Notes under the pieces: model-generated
Databases searched by the model: none
What the model was told of the DNA's origin: nothing
Seen by the model: the letters and a program-made list of their open reading frames with translations, nothing else
Shown: one piece after another, positions 41,001 to 54,700 of the stretch
Layout: each line of letters begins with the position of its first letter
Numbering within the stretch: the first letter of the stretch is position 1
Position numbers and translations under genes: made by a program
NCBI GenBank assembly: GCA_951406725.2
Contig: OX597816.1
Coordinates: 46,810,001-46,874,000 of the forward strand
Reading direction: 5' to 3'
DNA: 64,000 nt
From: Octopus vulgaris
Taxonomy: Eukaryota

Positions 41001-42709
41001 GTACTGAGGTAGATTTGTTAGACTAAAACTCTTCAAGGCAGTGCCCCAGCATGGCCACAGTCCAATGACTGACAGAAAAGGCGGTGAAGAGGTAGTGCCA
41101 TTACAGCATGGTTAGAATACTTCATGGTATTTGTTTCAACAGTCTACACTCTGGGTTCAAATCCTGCTATGATCAACTTTGCTTTTCATCCTTTCAGAGC
41201 CATTATAAAAAAAAGCACCAATTAGGGCAGCAGATTTGTAGAACTGTTAAAGGGTCAGGCAAGATTTCTGAGTCTTGTAATGAAATCAGCGACAACGGTG
41301 CCAAGCTTTATTGGTCTGAGTGAACAGCATTTTCATTGGATAAACATCAGTGGTGTAGAGAGTGTGGGATGACAGCAGCTGGGGAGCAGACCAGAACTTG
41401 GGGCTGACCAGAAGGGGCAGCAGTGACGTGCGCGCAGGGGGGCAGGATTCTGCTTTTTCGAGGCAGGTCGCCGAGCGGGTAAGACGGCGTCAGCACGTTG
41501 TTAAGGTTGGGAGAAGTAGCTGCTATTTCTAGCGTTTGGGTCGGGCTGTGTTGAAGGATCCATTACCGCTGAAGGGTCTCCATCTGACCGAAGAGAAGGT
41601 AGGTGCCTTTATTTTGAATCTCTCGCATACACCACAGAGAGCAGATACCTGATGCATGGGTAACTTCCAGTCTACTTCAAAAGAAACTTGCCCAAACCCA
41701 CACATACATGTGCAGATGCATGATCAGCCTTGACTGAAAGAGAGTCCTTAAATTTTCCAAAGCAACACAAATTAAATATTACACGTTAAAAAACAGAAAA
41801 GCAACTCATCCAATACAGTTTATAAATAACTAATGATACAAAGTTATACAAAAGTCCTTTTAGCATTTAAATAGTTTTATCTTTTACTTGTTTCAGACAT
41901 TGGACTACAGCCATGTTGGAGCACTGCCTTGAAGGGCTTAGTCTAGCAAATCAACCCCACAATTTATTGTTAAGTCTGACACTCATTCTACTGGTTCCTT
42001 CTGCCAAACTGCTAATGTTATGAGGATATAAATAAACGAACACGATCGGCAGATAGTAATTGGGGTGACAAGTACACACACAAACACACACAACAGGCTT
42101 GCATACAGTTTCCATCTACCAAACCAACTTACTCACAAGGCATTGGTCAGCTTGAGGCTATAGTAGAACACACTTGACCGAAATTCTATTTATAGTTTGT
42201 TACAATTTTATTTCTTTATATATAAATAATTTTAAATACTATCTTGTGGTAAATATTTATATATATATATATAGAGTCGTCCCACAGATAATGCAGGTTT
42301 TTCAATTGCATGAACTAAAAGTCATAGAGGGATGGGATAAACGACCTGCATCAACTGGCTATAAAAGCAGGTAGTAATTTTACCTTGTACTTATTCTTAG
42401 TGCAAGTTTTGAAGAGTGCATTTCAATTTTAACAGTTATTTTTTTCAAAGCTATAATAGATGTAACAAAGGAGCATATTCAGCATATTTTGCTTTATGAG
42501 ATCAATAAAGGCAACAGTGCAACGGAAAGTGGGGGGAATATTAATATATATGGGGATCAGACAAGAAGCGTAAGGCAGTGTCAATGGTGGCTCGAGAAGT
42601 TGAGCCTCGTCCTGGAAGATCTGGAAAGCTTGACACCTTCTACTATAGCCTCAGGCCGACCAAAGCCTTGTGAATGGATTTGGTAGATGGAAACTGAAAG
42701 AAGCCTGTC

Positions 42710-42746
<37 letters not shown>

Positions 42747-45700
42747 TAGTCCCCCCAACATTGCTTGACAACTGATACTGGTGTGTTTACGTCCCCGTAA
42801 CTTAGCGGTTTGGCAAGAGAGACCGTTAGAATAAGTACTAGGCTTACAAAGGATGAGTCCTGGGGTCAATTTGCTCGACTAAAGGTGGTGCTCCAGCATG
42901 GCCGCAGTCAAATGACTGAAACAAATAAAAGAATAAAAATGAATGAGTGGACAATTCCTGATGAAAGATTTTAGAAGATATTTTAAATAATTTTTGCTGT
43001 AGAAGGAAAATCTATAAGTGAACACTTTTACGCAAGGTGCAAAAACAAAATTCTTTTCGTACTAACCGGCTAAGAAATTTGGGCCAAAGTTCTGTGAAAA
43101 CATCATGTGTAGCAATAACATCTTTGGAACAATATGACATCAAGCTCTAGAAAAAAAATTTTGATCAAGGAGAATGAAACAAGAATTTAAAAGCTTTCAC
43201 TACTTTACTCTATTGGTCAACTAGCTCCCAAATACAATGACTAATACTAATCAGAAACCAATAGTATTTTCTTGTGATATTAGTGTTTCCATTCAGAAAT
43301 TCTTGCAGCTGTGTTAGCAAATCAAAATGAAGATCAGAGGTACTATTGCTACTGCTCTACTATAATGCTATAGTAATATGCACTATTGTAAATATTGGCA
43401 TCACAGATGGGTAACTCAAAGAATTGCTGCTGTCCCTACAGAGATCAACTTGATCAAAATCAACTGATTATCATCACCATCATCATATTTAATGTCCATG
43501 TTCCATGCTGGTATGGGTCAGGCAGCATGACAAAATCCAATGAGCCAAAGATAGCATCATGCTCCTGTGACTTCTTTGGCATGGTTTCTGTGGTTGGATG
43601 CCCTTCCTAACACCAAGTACTTTACAGCATACGCTAGGTACTTTTTCTGTGCCAGCAGCTCTGGAGAGGCTACCATGCAGTGTGCAAGATTACAAACCCT
43701 GAGGGGGCAACATAAGGTAGGATTTGATGGGTAAAAGTATGAGAGAAAAGGGCCAGAACAAAACAGGTTTCTTGCTCTAGAGGAGCTACATGACTACTCA
43801 CATTTTATTAGACAGGGTGGCAGTGATTGGGTGGAGTTGGAAAGTGATACAAAAAGTGTTGATGAAGTGCCAGGGAGGGCCTTCAAGGTATGAAGTGAGT
43901 AAGAATGACAATCTCTGTAACAAGAACTATATATTATTTACACCATTCCATGTTTCATTGCCTGAAAATAAATTGCATGCATCCCCAAAGTAGATTTATG
44001 GATATTTATTCACTTAAGAGTGAATTTTTCTTAAACTGTATCACTTAACTTATTTTATTATAGTTTATTTTTTGCTTTTTTTTAATGTCTTCAAACTTTT
44101 GTGATTTGAGTATCAGAGATTGAAAATCTACCAAATTTTCTTTATATTTAAAATCATGTTTAATTTGTAACAGAAAATTTTAAATCCAAATCTCAAGAGT
44201 TAGGGGATTTACAGCTGCAGTCCTTTCCTTTTTGTATATAAATATATTTTTTGTTTACATTTCTAATCACATTTGCATACTTAGTAAATTAAAACTGACA
44301 CAATTTTAAATTTTCACAAAGTGAAACAGCTAATGCTTTCATAAGCAAATACAATATATCTATATGCTTCAAATACAAACAAAATACATTTTCTTTGTTT
44401 TTTACTTGTTTCAATTGTTGGTCTGGGCACCACCCTGAAGCTGGGGTACCACCTATTTATATATATATATATATAAAGGACTAAAGCTTTAACTCGTCTA
44501 ATCCTAATCAGTTTCTCAGAATATTTTTAATTAAAAATTTTTTTTTTTAATTTCCTAATAAAAAAATTTAGAGAATTTGAATCTCTGATGCAAGAAAAAT
44601 ATAAAACTTGTAAACCATTAAAAAAAAGACATTAAAAATTTTGAGTGATGTTAGAAAAAAATCCATGCTAAAGTATATAAGCCAGCGTTTATTCAATTCT
44701 GTCTGATCCATAATCAATAAAATACATTAAAAGTCTCATAAATATTACAATCAATTGACAAACCTGGAAATCCTCTCTCACATCCAGCATAGTTCCATTG
44801 ATAAAGACATCTCGCTTTGATTTTTCTAAAGGTTCTCCATTGCAATGGAACTGATAAACATCATTCAGGTTGTTCATTGTTCCAACATCCATCCAATTTA
44901 CATTCTATGAAAAAAAAATTTAAAAAAATACCTCGTCATTTTCACCATTTTAACATCCACATTTCCATGTGTGCATGAGTCAAATGGAATTCATTGAGGC
45001 AGATTTTCTACAGCTAGATGCCCTTCCTGTTGCCCACTCTCATTTGTTTCTAAGAAAGGTAATATGACTAGACATATTTTTACAGAAGATTGGAAACAAA
45101 TAGCAGAGCTTGTGTGATAGTGACACAGCTTTGCAATTGTTACACATTGTCAAGACAAGAAGGCACAAACGCACGCACACACACACACACACATACACAC
45201 AGGTGTGTGTGTGTGTGTACCATCATCATCATTTTAACATCCACAATTCAATGCTTGCATGGGTTGGACAGAGTTTATTGAGGCAAATTGTCTATGGCCA
45301 GATGCCCTTCCTGCTACCAACCTTCACCGGTTTTCCAAGGTAGTATTTCCTACAGCCAGACATGTCCTCACAGAATATTGGAAATGCATGACATTGCTTG
45401 TATGACTGCAATAACCAATTTACAATTATTGCATTTTGTTAAAACAAGAAGGTACAAACACAGACGCATGCGCACACATACACACACGCATGCAGATTTC
45501 TCTTGCCAGATCCACTCACAAAGCTGCTATGCTTTCAGGGTACCTCCCTCCACAGCAGATTAGATCACAAAGATAAAAGAATTTGTCAATTACTGCAATG
45601 GGCCCATTTGAACACTTAAAAGAATTTACCATATTTTCTGGCATACAAATGAAATTTTTTGGACCCAAATTTATAGCCAAAAAAGGTAAATTAACTTATA

Positions 45701-48700
45701 CAAGATGATTTTTGTGGACCAAAAATTCAATGTGAAATGCAGCAGGATTAGGAAAGATAGTGATGATGTTTGAATATCTACACTACATGTTTACACTAAA
45801 TGCTACATTAACTTGTATGCTGAAAAATGTGGTATATCTTTATATATAAAAGTCAAGTTGTGTGTCTGTCTCCTACGATTTAGATTCCTAACTACTCCCA
45901 CATTTTGTGGTGCAGTTTAACCAAAACCGGGTATCTTATAGTCGTGATTCATATCGAGCCCTTCTGGGTATTAGCGCGCGTCTACGATGAGACTATGATT
46001 TTTTTAAAAATTTACCATCAATTTTTCCCATTTTTAATGCATTTTTGGCATATATAAGGGAAGTAACTCTCTAAAAAATTATTATTAAATCTCAGAACAT
46101 AAAAATCTACAGTAACACCCCCCTCCTTTGTGGTTAGCCATATTGAAATGGCTATTATACTTTACATCTCAAAAAATGCTTATATAATTATTTCCCTTAC
46201 AAACCCGAGCAAAGCCGGGCGATACTGCTAGTATTTATATATATAGTTCAAAATATTAACTTACAATTTCTTCATTTCTATATTTTTTACTTGCTAAATG
46301 TTCTCGGACTTTACTTGGAGATGTCTCTTTCTTAGAAGCTTGATACAGAGATCTTTGGAAAGCAGTAAATCCTACTGAAGCAATGTGAAGTGACATGGTA
46401 TCCAAGAAACGAAGTTTTGTGTCCTGTCAATAAAAAAATTCACTAATATCATGTCCATGTACATAATCCACATTATACAATAACAAAAAGAACATTTTCA
46501 AAATTGTAACAAAAAAAAAAACAATTTTTGGTTATGAAAATATATGCTAATGCAAACACCAGAGGCTTCCAAAACAATTTGCCAAAGTTCATCCCATATT
46601 AATAATTTATCCCACAAACCATTTTTATAACCTTAAAGGATAGAACCACAGAATGTTCACTAAATTATAATTACTAATATAGCAACAAAAATAAAAAGAG
46701 AAAACAAACAATAAACTACCATAGTGTGCAGTATAATTTTAGAAAAACAGTGTATTAGATACAAAAAAAAGGTACAACTACAAAATTATTTTCTTTTACT
46801 TTTTTCAGTCACTGGACTGCAGCCATGCTGGGACACTGCCTTGAATGACTTTAATTGAACAAATCAACACCAGTACTTATTTAAACCTTTAACATTTAAA
46901 CAGGTTATATCTGGCCCAAATGTTCTACTTGTTTCCTGTTAAAACTGACCAGATTCAACTTCTCACATCTACCTCACAATATCTGTCTACAAGTAAGTAA
47001 TCATATTGTTGAAATCTCAAAGTCATGAGATAATGCATGACTAATTCAAAACAATGTGAATAAATAAACATTACATTTGACAGAGTAACCTGCATGTTAA
47101 AGTACTTATTCTGTTGGTCTTTTTTGCCGAGCTACTAAGTTACAGGAACATAAACAAACCAACACTGGAGACAAATACAAAGACACACACATATATATAT
47201 ATGCATGTTAAACTGTTAATCCCTATACATTTTTTCTCTCTCTATTTTTCTCCTCTCAATTCTTTCTGTCAAAAGAGTGTAGGCTCAAAATGTCAAAGAC
47301 TTTTCCATTCTTCCCAGGCATCAAACTAATACACCTGCTGGTTCCTTCACCTGTCTTCATCTTTTGTTTTCTGTAAATTTGAACAATAGAAAGCATCCAG
47401 TCCACACTGTAAAATGGTTGGCATTTGGAAGATCTCCAGCTGCAAAAACCATACCAAAACTGACCTATCGATGCACTATCTGCAACCTTATATTTTCAAA
47501 CAAGGGAGTTTAGTGTTTCCACTCAACTCAAAGGTAAAATAATGTAGGCTTCTTTCAGTTTCTGCCTATCAAATCCACTCACAAGGCTTTGGTTGGCCCA
47601 AGGCTGTAGAAGACACTTGCCCAAGGTGCCATGCAGTACAACAAAACCCAGAACCATGTGGTTGGAAAGCAAGCTTCTTACCACACAGCCACAAAATCAC
47701 CATGTAGCTATGGAGCAAAGTTCTTAACTACATGGCCATACTTGTGCCAAAACAACATGCAAAATTAAATTGACTGAAAAACAAAAGTGAACAAAAAAAA
47801 AATTGTTGGAACTCAAGTTTCTTTTTCTCTTTTACCTTGATATAATATTGCTCTTTGACAAAAGAACGGTCAAAGCCAACATTGTGACCAACTATAATTC
47901 TTTTCTTTAGCATATTTTGTTTCATACTTTTCTGTGAACTTTTTGACTCCAAAGGAATTAAGTCTTCCATCTGTGGTTGGGGACTCCATTTAAATTTGTC
48001 TTCAATTAAATAATCACTGCACCAAGAATACCTGTAAAAATATATAAAGTAATAAATGCAGGCTTTGAAGATATCATATTGACTTGTAGATGATCAGGAA
48101 AGATGTGTAAACAATTGAATCAAGATCTATTTTACTGGCATCTATTTTACTGATCTCACCAAATAATGAAGTTCCAAACTCAGAATACAGAAATTCAACA
48201 TTGTAGAGTCGTTTGTCTAGTCCTCTATCATGTCCTCTCTTTTCAAGGTTTCAGATCAATTAAAACAGTTGCAGGAATGGTTATCACTTTGAAGCAGGTT
48301 GAAATGATTGTCTCTACTAATGAAGAATTTTCACATTCTGGCATTTATCTTTTATCTTTTACTTGTTTCAGTCATTGAACTGCAGCTATGGTGGGGCACC
48401 GCCTTGAAGAATTTTTAGTCAAACAAATCAATACCCTGTGTTTGTTTATTTTTTTTTTTAAACCTGGTACTTAATTTATTGGTATATTCTGCCACATTGC
48501 TAAGTTATGGAGATGTAAACAACACCTGCTGTCAAGCAGTGGTGACACACACACACACACACACACATGCATATAAATATATGACTGGCCTCCCTCGGCT
48601 TCCAAATCCACTCACAAGGTCAGCCCAAAGCTACAGTTGAAGACAATTAATTGCCCAAAGTATCAAGCAGTGGGACTGAACTCAGAGCCATGTGGATGGG

Positions 48701-51700
48701 AAGCAAACTTCTTACCACACAGCTACACCTATATAAAAAAAAATCTGTTTTTATCCCAAGACCAAACTAGAGCTATAGGAATATTTGGCAGGGAATTAAC
48801 AGCTATTATTTATATGATGAGCTTCTTTCAGTTTCTATCTATCAAATCTACCCACAAGGTTTTGGTCAGCCTGGAGCTACTGTAGAACACACTTTCCCAA
48901 AGTGCTGTGCAGCAGGATTGAACCTGAAACCATTGGTCCGGAGACAAATTTCTTAACCACACAACCATTTTACATGGAAGTAAATGATCAACTCAAGAAT
49001 TTGAAAGTGAATTAGTTTGTGAAAGAAAGAATTATGTATCTCATCATCATCAAGCGTCTACTTTCCATGCTGGCATGGGTTAGACAGTTTGACCAAAACT
49101 GGTAAGTTGGAGAGCTGCACCAAGTTCCATGGTTTCTACAACTGGATGCCCTTCCTAATGCCAACCACTCCAAAAGTGTAATGGGTGCTTTTTACATGCT
49201 AGTTACACGACACTAGCATCAGCTACAACTACAATTTCACTTGGCTTAATGAGTCTTCTCAAGCATGGTATATTGCCAAAGGTCTCGGTCACTTGCTATC
49301 ACCTCCATGAGGCCCAACATTCAAAGGGTACCTTTTACATGCCATTGGCACAGGTGCTAGTAATGTGACCCGGCATCAGCCAGGATTACAATTTCACTTG
49401 GCTTAATGAGTCTTCTCAAGCACAGCATAACACCAAAGGTCTCGGTCACTTGCCATTGCCTCCATGGGGCCCAATATTCAAAGGGTACCTTTTACATGCC
49501 ACCGGCACAGGTGCTAGTTATGTGACCCAGTATCAGCCAGGACTACAATTTCACTTGGCTCAACAGGTCTTCTCAAGCACAGCAAAACACCAAAGGTCTC
49601 AGTCACTTGCCATTGCCTTCATGGGGCCCAATATTCAAAGGGTACCTTTTACATGCCACCAGCACAGGTGCTAGTTATGTGACCCGGCATCAGCCAGGAT
49701 TACAATTTCACTTGGCTTGACAGGTCTTCTCAAGCACAGCCTAACACCAAAGGTCTTGGTCACTTGCCATTGCCTCCATGGGGCTCAGCATTCAAAGATC
49801 ATGCTTCACCACCTCATCTTATGTCTTCCTGGGTCTACCTCTTCCACAGGCTCCTTTCACGGTTAGAGATCAGCACTTCTTTACACAGCTGTCCTCATCC
49901 ATCATTGTGTACAATATGATATGAATAGTGAGAAAGACCGAAGAAATTTAGCAAAATAAAATTAACAAATGTAACAAGAAATTGAAATTTATGACACAAC
50001 GTTTGAGACATCTGAACCCTTTCTAATGGCTTTAGTGACATAAATAAAATAAAACAGCTGCAGCCAGTAATTAAAAGTAGATTTTAGTGTCAGCTCACAG
50101 AGGTGTAACCTTTACTTTATAGTGACGACATATAACTGCACAATATTGAAACAGTAGAGGTATTATTATGCTGAACAGCGGCTGTTGCATGTGAGATAGA
50201 TCCATTTTCAACCAAGTCCATAGTGATGATTGCACCACCACTGTTCTTTAATTAAGTAGGCAAGGCAGTTTTCCTTTGCCTGGTGGCTGTGACAAAAGAG
50301 GTTGTCTGGTTGATAAAGGCTGGAGATGGAAAGCGAAGGCTGGAAATGTTCGACAATGACTGTCTCCGCCACATTGATTGGGTTCCTACAGCCAGTCTTC
50401 ATTTTCGCCTGAATCTCTGGCCCCTCCCTTCAGTGCTTCTACAACGGCGCTTAAGGTGGTTCGGTCATGCAGCCCGGCGTCCAGAGGGTGAGCTGATTCG
50501 CAATGTCCTCCTCCCACCTCCACTTCCCAACTGGCACAAATGCACGGGCGGGCAGCCGAAGACCTGGGCAATGACAATAAAGGAGGATCTCTCCAAACTC
50601 TCAGGCCCGCAGGTGGTCGGTCTGCGCAGATGGAATCGCGAATGGCTCGCTATCTCTAGTGACCTCGCACAAGACCATCGAGCGTGGGCCACCATCATTT
50701 GTGATGCCGTCAGGACCAGAGAATAAGCCGGCTCAACCCGCCCTGGGTGAATGCTGTCACAAGTACAAGTAAGTGGATAAAGTTGAAAGGCATGAGGACA
50801 GTGACATTCCTCTTTGGTAAAAACTTCATTGACTTTTCCAAGTTACACCTGAATAGGAAAGTGAGGGTAGGGAGGAAGGTGCTGTCCTGAAGTGAATTTA
50901 TCGAAAGGTAGGGTGAAAGTTGCAAAAATGGCAAGAGTGGATGGTACCACTCGAGTGTAAGCCTGTGAGTTGGAGAAAAGGAATTGGAGAGGGCACATCC
51001 TGGGTGTTCAGGAAGATCTTGGATGGTGGGGTTCCTTGATTATTCCTAGAGGTTCTCCTGATACAGGAGGGCCTCATCACTCTCATCCCTTCTTCCTTCT
51101 TTCTTGTTACTGTTGTATATTATGTATGCTTCCCTTTATTTTATTGTATACTGTGTATACTTTCTATATATATCATCATCATCGTTTAACGTCCACTTTC
51201 CATGCTAGCATGGGTTGGATGATTTGACTGAGGTCTGGTGAACCAGATGTCTGCACCAGACTCCAATCTGATCTGGCAGAGTTTCTACAGCTGGATGCCC
51301 TTCCTAACGCCAACCACTCCGAGAGTGTAGTGGGTGCTTTAATGTGCCACCGGCACGAGGGCCAGTCAGGCAGTATTGGCAACGGCCACGCTCAAATGGT
51401 GCTTTTTATGTGCCACCTGCACAGGCAATGACCTCGCTAGAATGTTTTTTCCCATGCCAGTAAGGCGACGCAGGTAACGATCACGCTCGAATGGTGTCTT
51501 TTTACATGCCATCAGCACGGAGGCCAGCTTGTTGCTCTGGCAACAATCTCACTCGTATGGTACTCTTAGCACTCCAATAGCACAGATGCCAGTTATCGAA
51601 TTTGATTTCGATTTCACTTGCCTTAACAGGTCTTCGTAAGCAGAGTTTAGTGTCCGATGAAGGAAAGGTGTGCATAAGTGGGCTGGTTACACCCCTGGCA

Positions 51701-54700
51701 TAGGCCACAAGGTTATGGTCTCACTTGCACTTGCCGAGTCTTCTCAAGCACAACATATTTCCAAAGGTTCCGGTCACTAGTCATTGCCTCATTGAGGCCA
51801 AATGTTTGAAGGTCATGTTTCACCATCTCATCCTAGGTCTTCCTGGGTCTACCTCTTCCACAGGTTCCCTCAACTGCTAGGGTGTGGCACTTTTTCACAC
51901 AGCTATCCACATCCATTCTCGCCACATGACCATACAAGTACAGTCGTCTCTCTTGCACACCACATCTGATGCTCCTTAGGTCCAACTTTCCTCTCAAGGC
52001 ACTAACACTCTGTTGAATATGCACACTGATATTACACATCCATCAGAGCATACTGGCTTCATTCCTTGCGAGCCTACTTATTAGGACTTTGCTTTTAGCT
52101 AGTATATATATTTTATTTTTAACATTTCATTATATGTAAACCTCCACACACTGTATATATAATACTCCTCATCCTTCACCCTCAAGGCAAATAAAAGAAA
52201 TTATTATTATTTATCATCATTAAGGCCAGTGAGCAGGAGGAAATGCTTAGTGGCATTTCATCCATCTTTACATTCTGAGTTAAAATTCTACCAAATTCTA
52301 CTTTGCTTTCCATTCTTTCCAGGTTGATAGAATAAGTACCAGTCGAACACTGGGGTCAATGTAAACAGTCTTTGTGCCTCTAGTAGAAAGGAGTATTATT
52401 AAGGCCATGAATTGACAGAATCATTAGCCCACCAGATGGAATGTTCAGGGCATTTTGTTCATCTTCATGTTCCAAGTTCAAATTCCGCCAGGGTCCACTT
52501 TGCCAGTCATCCTTTCGAAATTGATAAAATAAGTACCAGTTGAGTACTGGAGTCAATGTAATCAACTTCCTTTTAAAATTATACTAAATTGTACTTTTAA
52601 AATTATACTAAATCATTACTAATCTATGCTATTTTCCAATTCCATAAGAGATGTACAACTCTAAACTGGCCAATCAGCTTTACCATTGGTCCCTATGGAG
52701 CAGTTCCGCTAAATATAATAATGCAGCTGACAAGTTCTAAATACATTTTATAAATTAACAATGAGCCAGTAGAATACTCAGTGCTTAGTACTGGATCCAG
52801 TCTTATTCAACATAGACATTCATCAACTCAACTCATTCAAGCTTGGTAGCCTTCATTTCAATGTCTATGTAGATTACTGTTAAGTTCACAGTGCATTCTA
52901 CATAATTTTTCCAGTATATTAAACTTAGAGCAGCCAATAACAACAAAAATATAAATGAATAATCAAAACCAAAAAAAGTAGAAATAATTCTTCTACTTAA
53001 TACCACCTAATAATCATTGATAAAACCAGCTATCATGATGTTAGGGACATGATTATCATCATCATCATCCTCATTTTAATAAACTTTTGCAAGCTCACAT
53101 GGGTCCAATGGAATTTGTTCAGGCAGATTTTCTATAGACAGATGCTCTTCCTGTTGCCAAGTAAGCTAATGTTTCCCCTGACCAGACATATTTTTACAGA
53201 AGATTGGAAACAAAGCACTCTGCTTGCCTGATGGTGACATTCGCAACTATCATGCAATGTTACTAAAGGAGACAATAACATACACGTACAATGGGCTTCT
53301 TTCAGTTTCTGTCAACCAAATCCACTCACAAGGCTTTGGCTGACACAGAGCCATTGCAGAAATATTGGTCCAATACAGTTTTTATCTATGACTCACACCC
53401 ATAAGAAAGGCTTCATTAATTTTTCCCATCAAAACAAAATATCACATTTGAAGAAGGGAAGTCAATTTTCTCATAACTAATTCAAGTTATTTAGACTTAA
53501 ACTCTATACAGCACTGTGAGCAAACAAAGCAAACATGAAAATTGCATCAAAGCTGCATGACAGCGGTGTCAGACGTGGCATGCAGGCTGTCATATAGCTT
53601 GTTTTATTCTTCTCTTCCATTTATTTTGACATGCACATTGCATTTTTATTCTTCTCTTCCATTTTAACAAATTCAGTGTGTACATGTGCATTGTGTGTTC
53701 ATACTTCTATCAAATCCACCAGAAGTGAAAAAACAAATTTTTAACTATCATAGTCATACTATTGCTAAGACCTAGAGTGGAGGCGCAATGGCCCAGTGGT
53801 TAGGGCAGCGGACTCGCAGTCATAGGATCGCGGTTTTGATTCCCAGATCAGGCATTGTGAGTGTTTATTGAGCGAAAACACCTAAAAGCTCCACGAGGTT
53901 CCGGCAGGGGATGGTGGTGATCCCTGCTGTACTCTTTCACCACAACTTTCTCTCACTCTTACTTCCTGTTTCTGTTGTACCTGTATTTCAAGGGGCCAGC
54001 CTTGTCACTCTCTGTGTCATGCTGAATATCCCCGAGAACTACGTTAAGGGTGCACGTGTCTGTGAAGTGCTCAGCCACTTACACGTTAATTTCACGAGCA
54101 GGCTGTTCCGTTGATTCAGATCAACCGGAACCCTCATCGTCGTAACCGACGGAGTGCTTCCATCCATTGCTAAGACCTCCTTCAATAGAAGGGGATCTTC
54201 TATATTGTCCAGCCTATGTTAGTTACCAGTATAGCATTTTTGTCTGAAAAATTACTCAGCAAAGAACAGATCAAGTTTTTTGTTCTAATTATATATATGT
54301 ACTTTTCTTTTTGCAGAAAACTAACAGTTGTTCATGTATGCAAGACTTCTCTCTCCATACCGCTGGTGTCTTTTTCAGTGGAAAGATAAAGCTGATATGG
54401 TTTGATGCCAATGCCATTCAACACTTTAATGTTAGGACAAGAGTACCTAAACAGATGCCACAAAGCACCTTGGCCAATATTCTAACAATTCCACTACTCC
54501 ACTGCCTAGGATTGGTACATTTTATCAACTCCGAAAGGATGAAAAGCAAAGTTAACTTCAATGAGATTTAGGCTCAGAATGCACAAAGTTAGAGCAAATA
54601 CTACACGGCACCCTCTTCAACACTAACATCTTTGATGGCTCACTGCCCAATTTGAATGTATATACTAAAACAGCCTTGTTGCAATTTACTGAAGTAGTAA

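Noticed and set aside
46311-46314. Alternative donor inside exon 3 (CCAA/GTAAAG)
   Set aside because: It would break phase with exon 4; the downstream GTAAGT donor keeps the frame.
49190-49800. Regularly spaced repeats as a CRISPR-like array
   Set aside because: Whole units repeat with no unique spacers; eukaryotic LINE context.
53778-53855. tRNA-like sequences at SINE heads
   Set aside because: No complete acceptor stem; they continue into SINE bodies with TSDs, so they are not tRNA genes.
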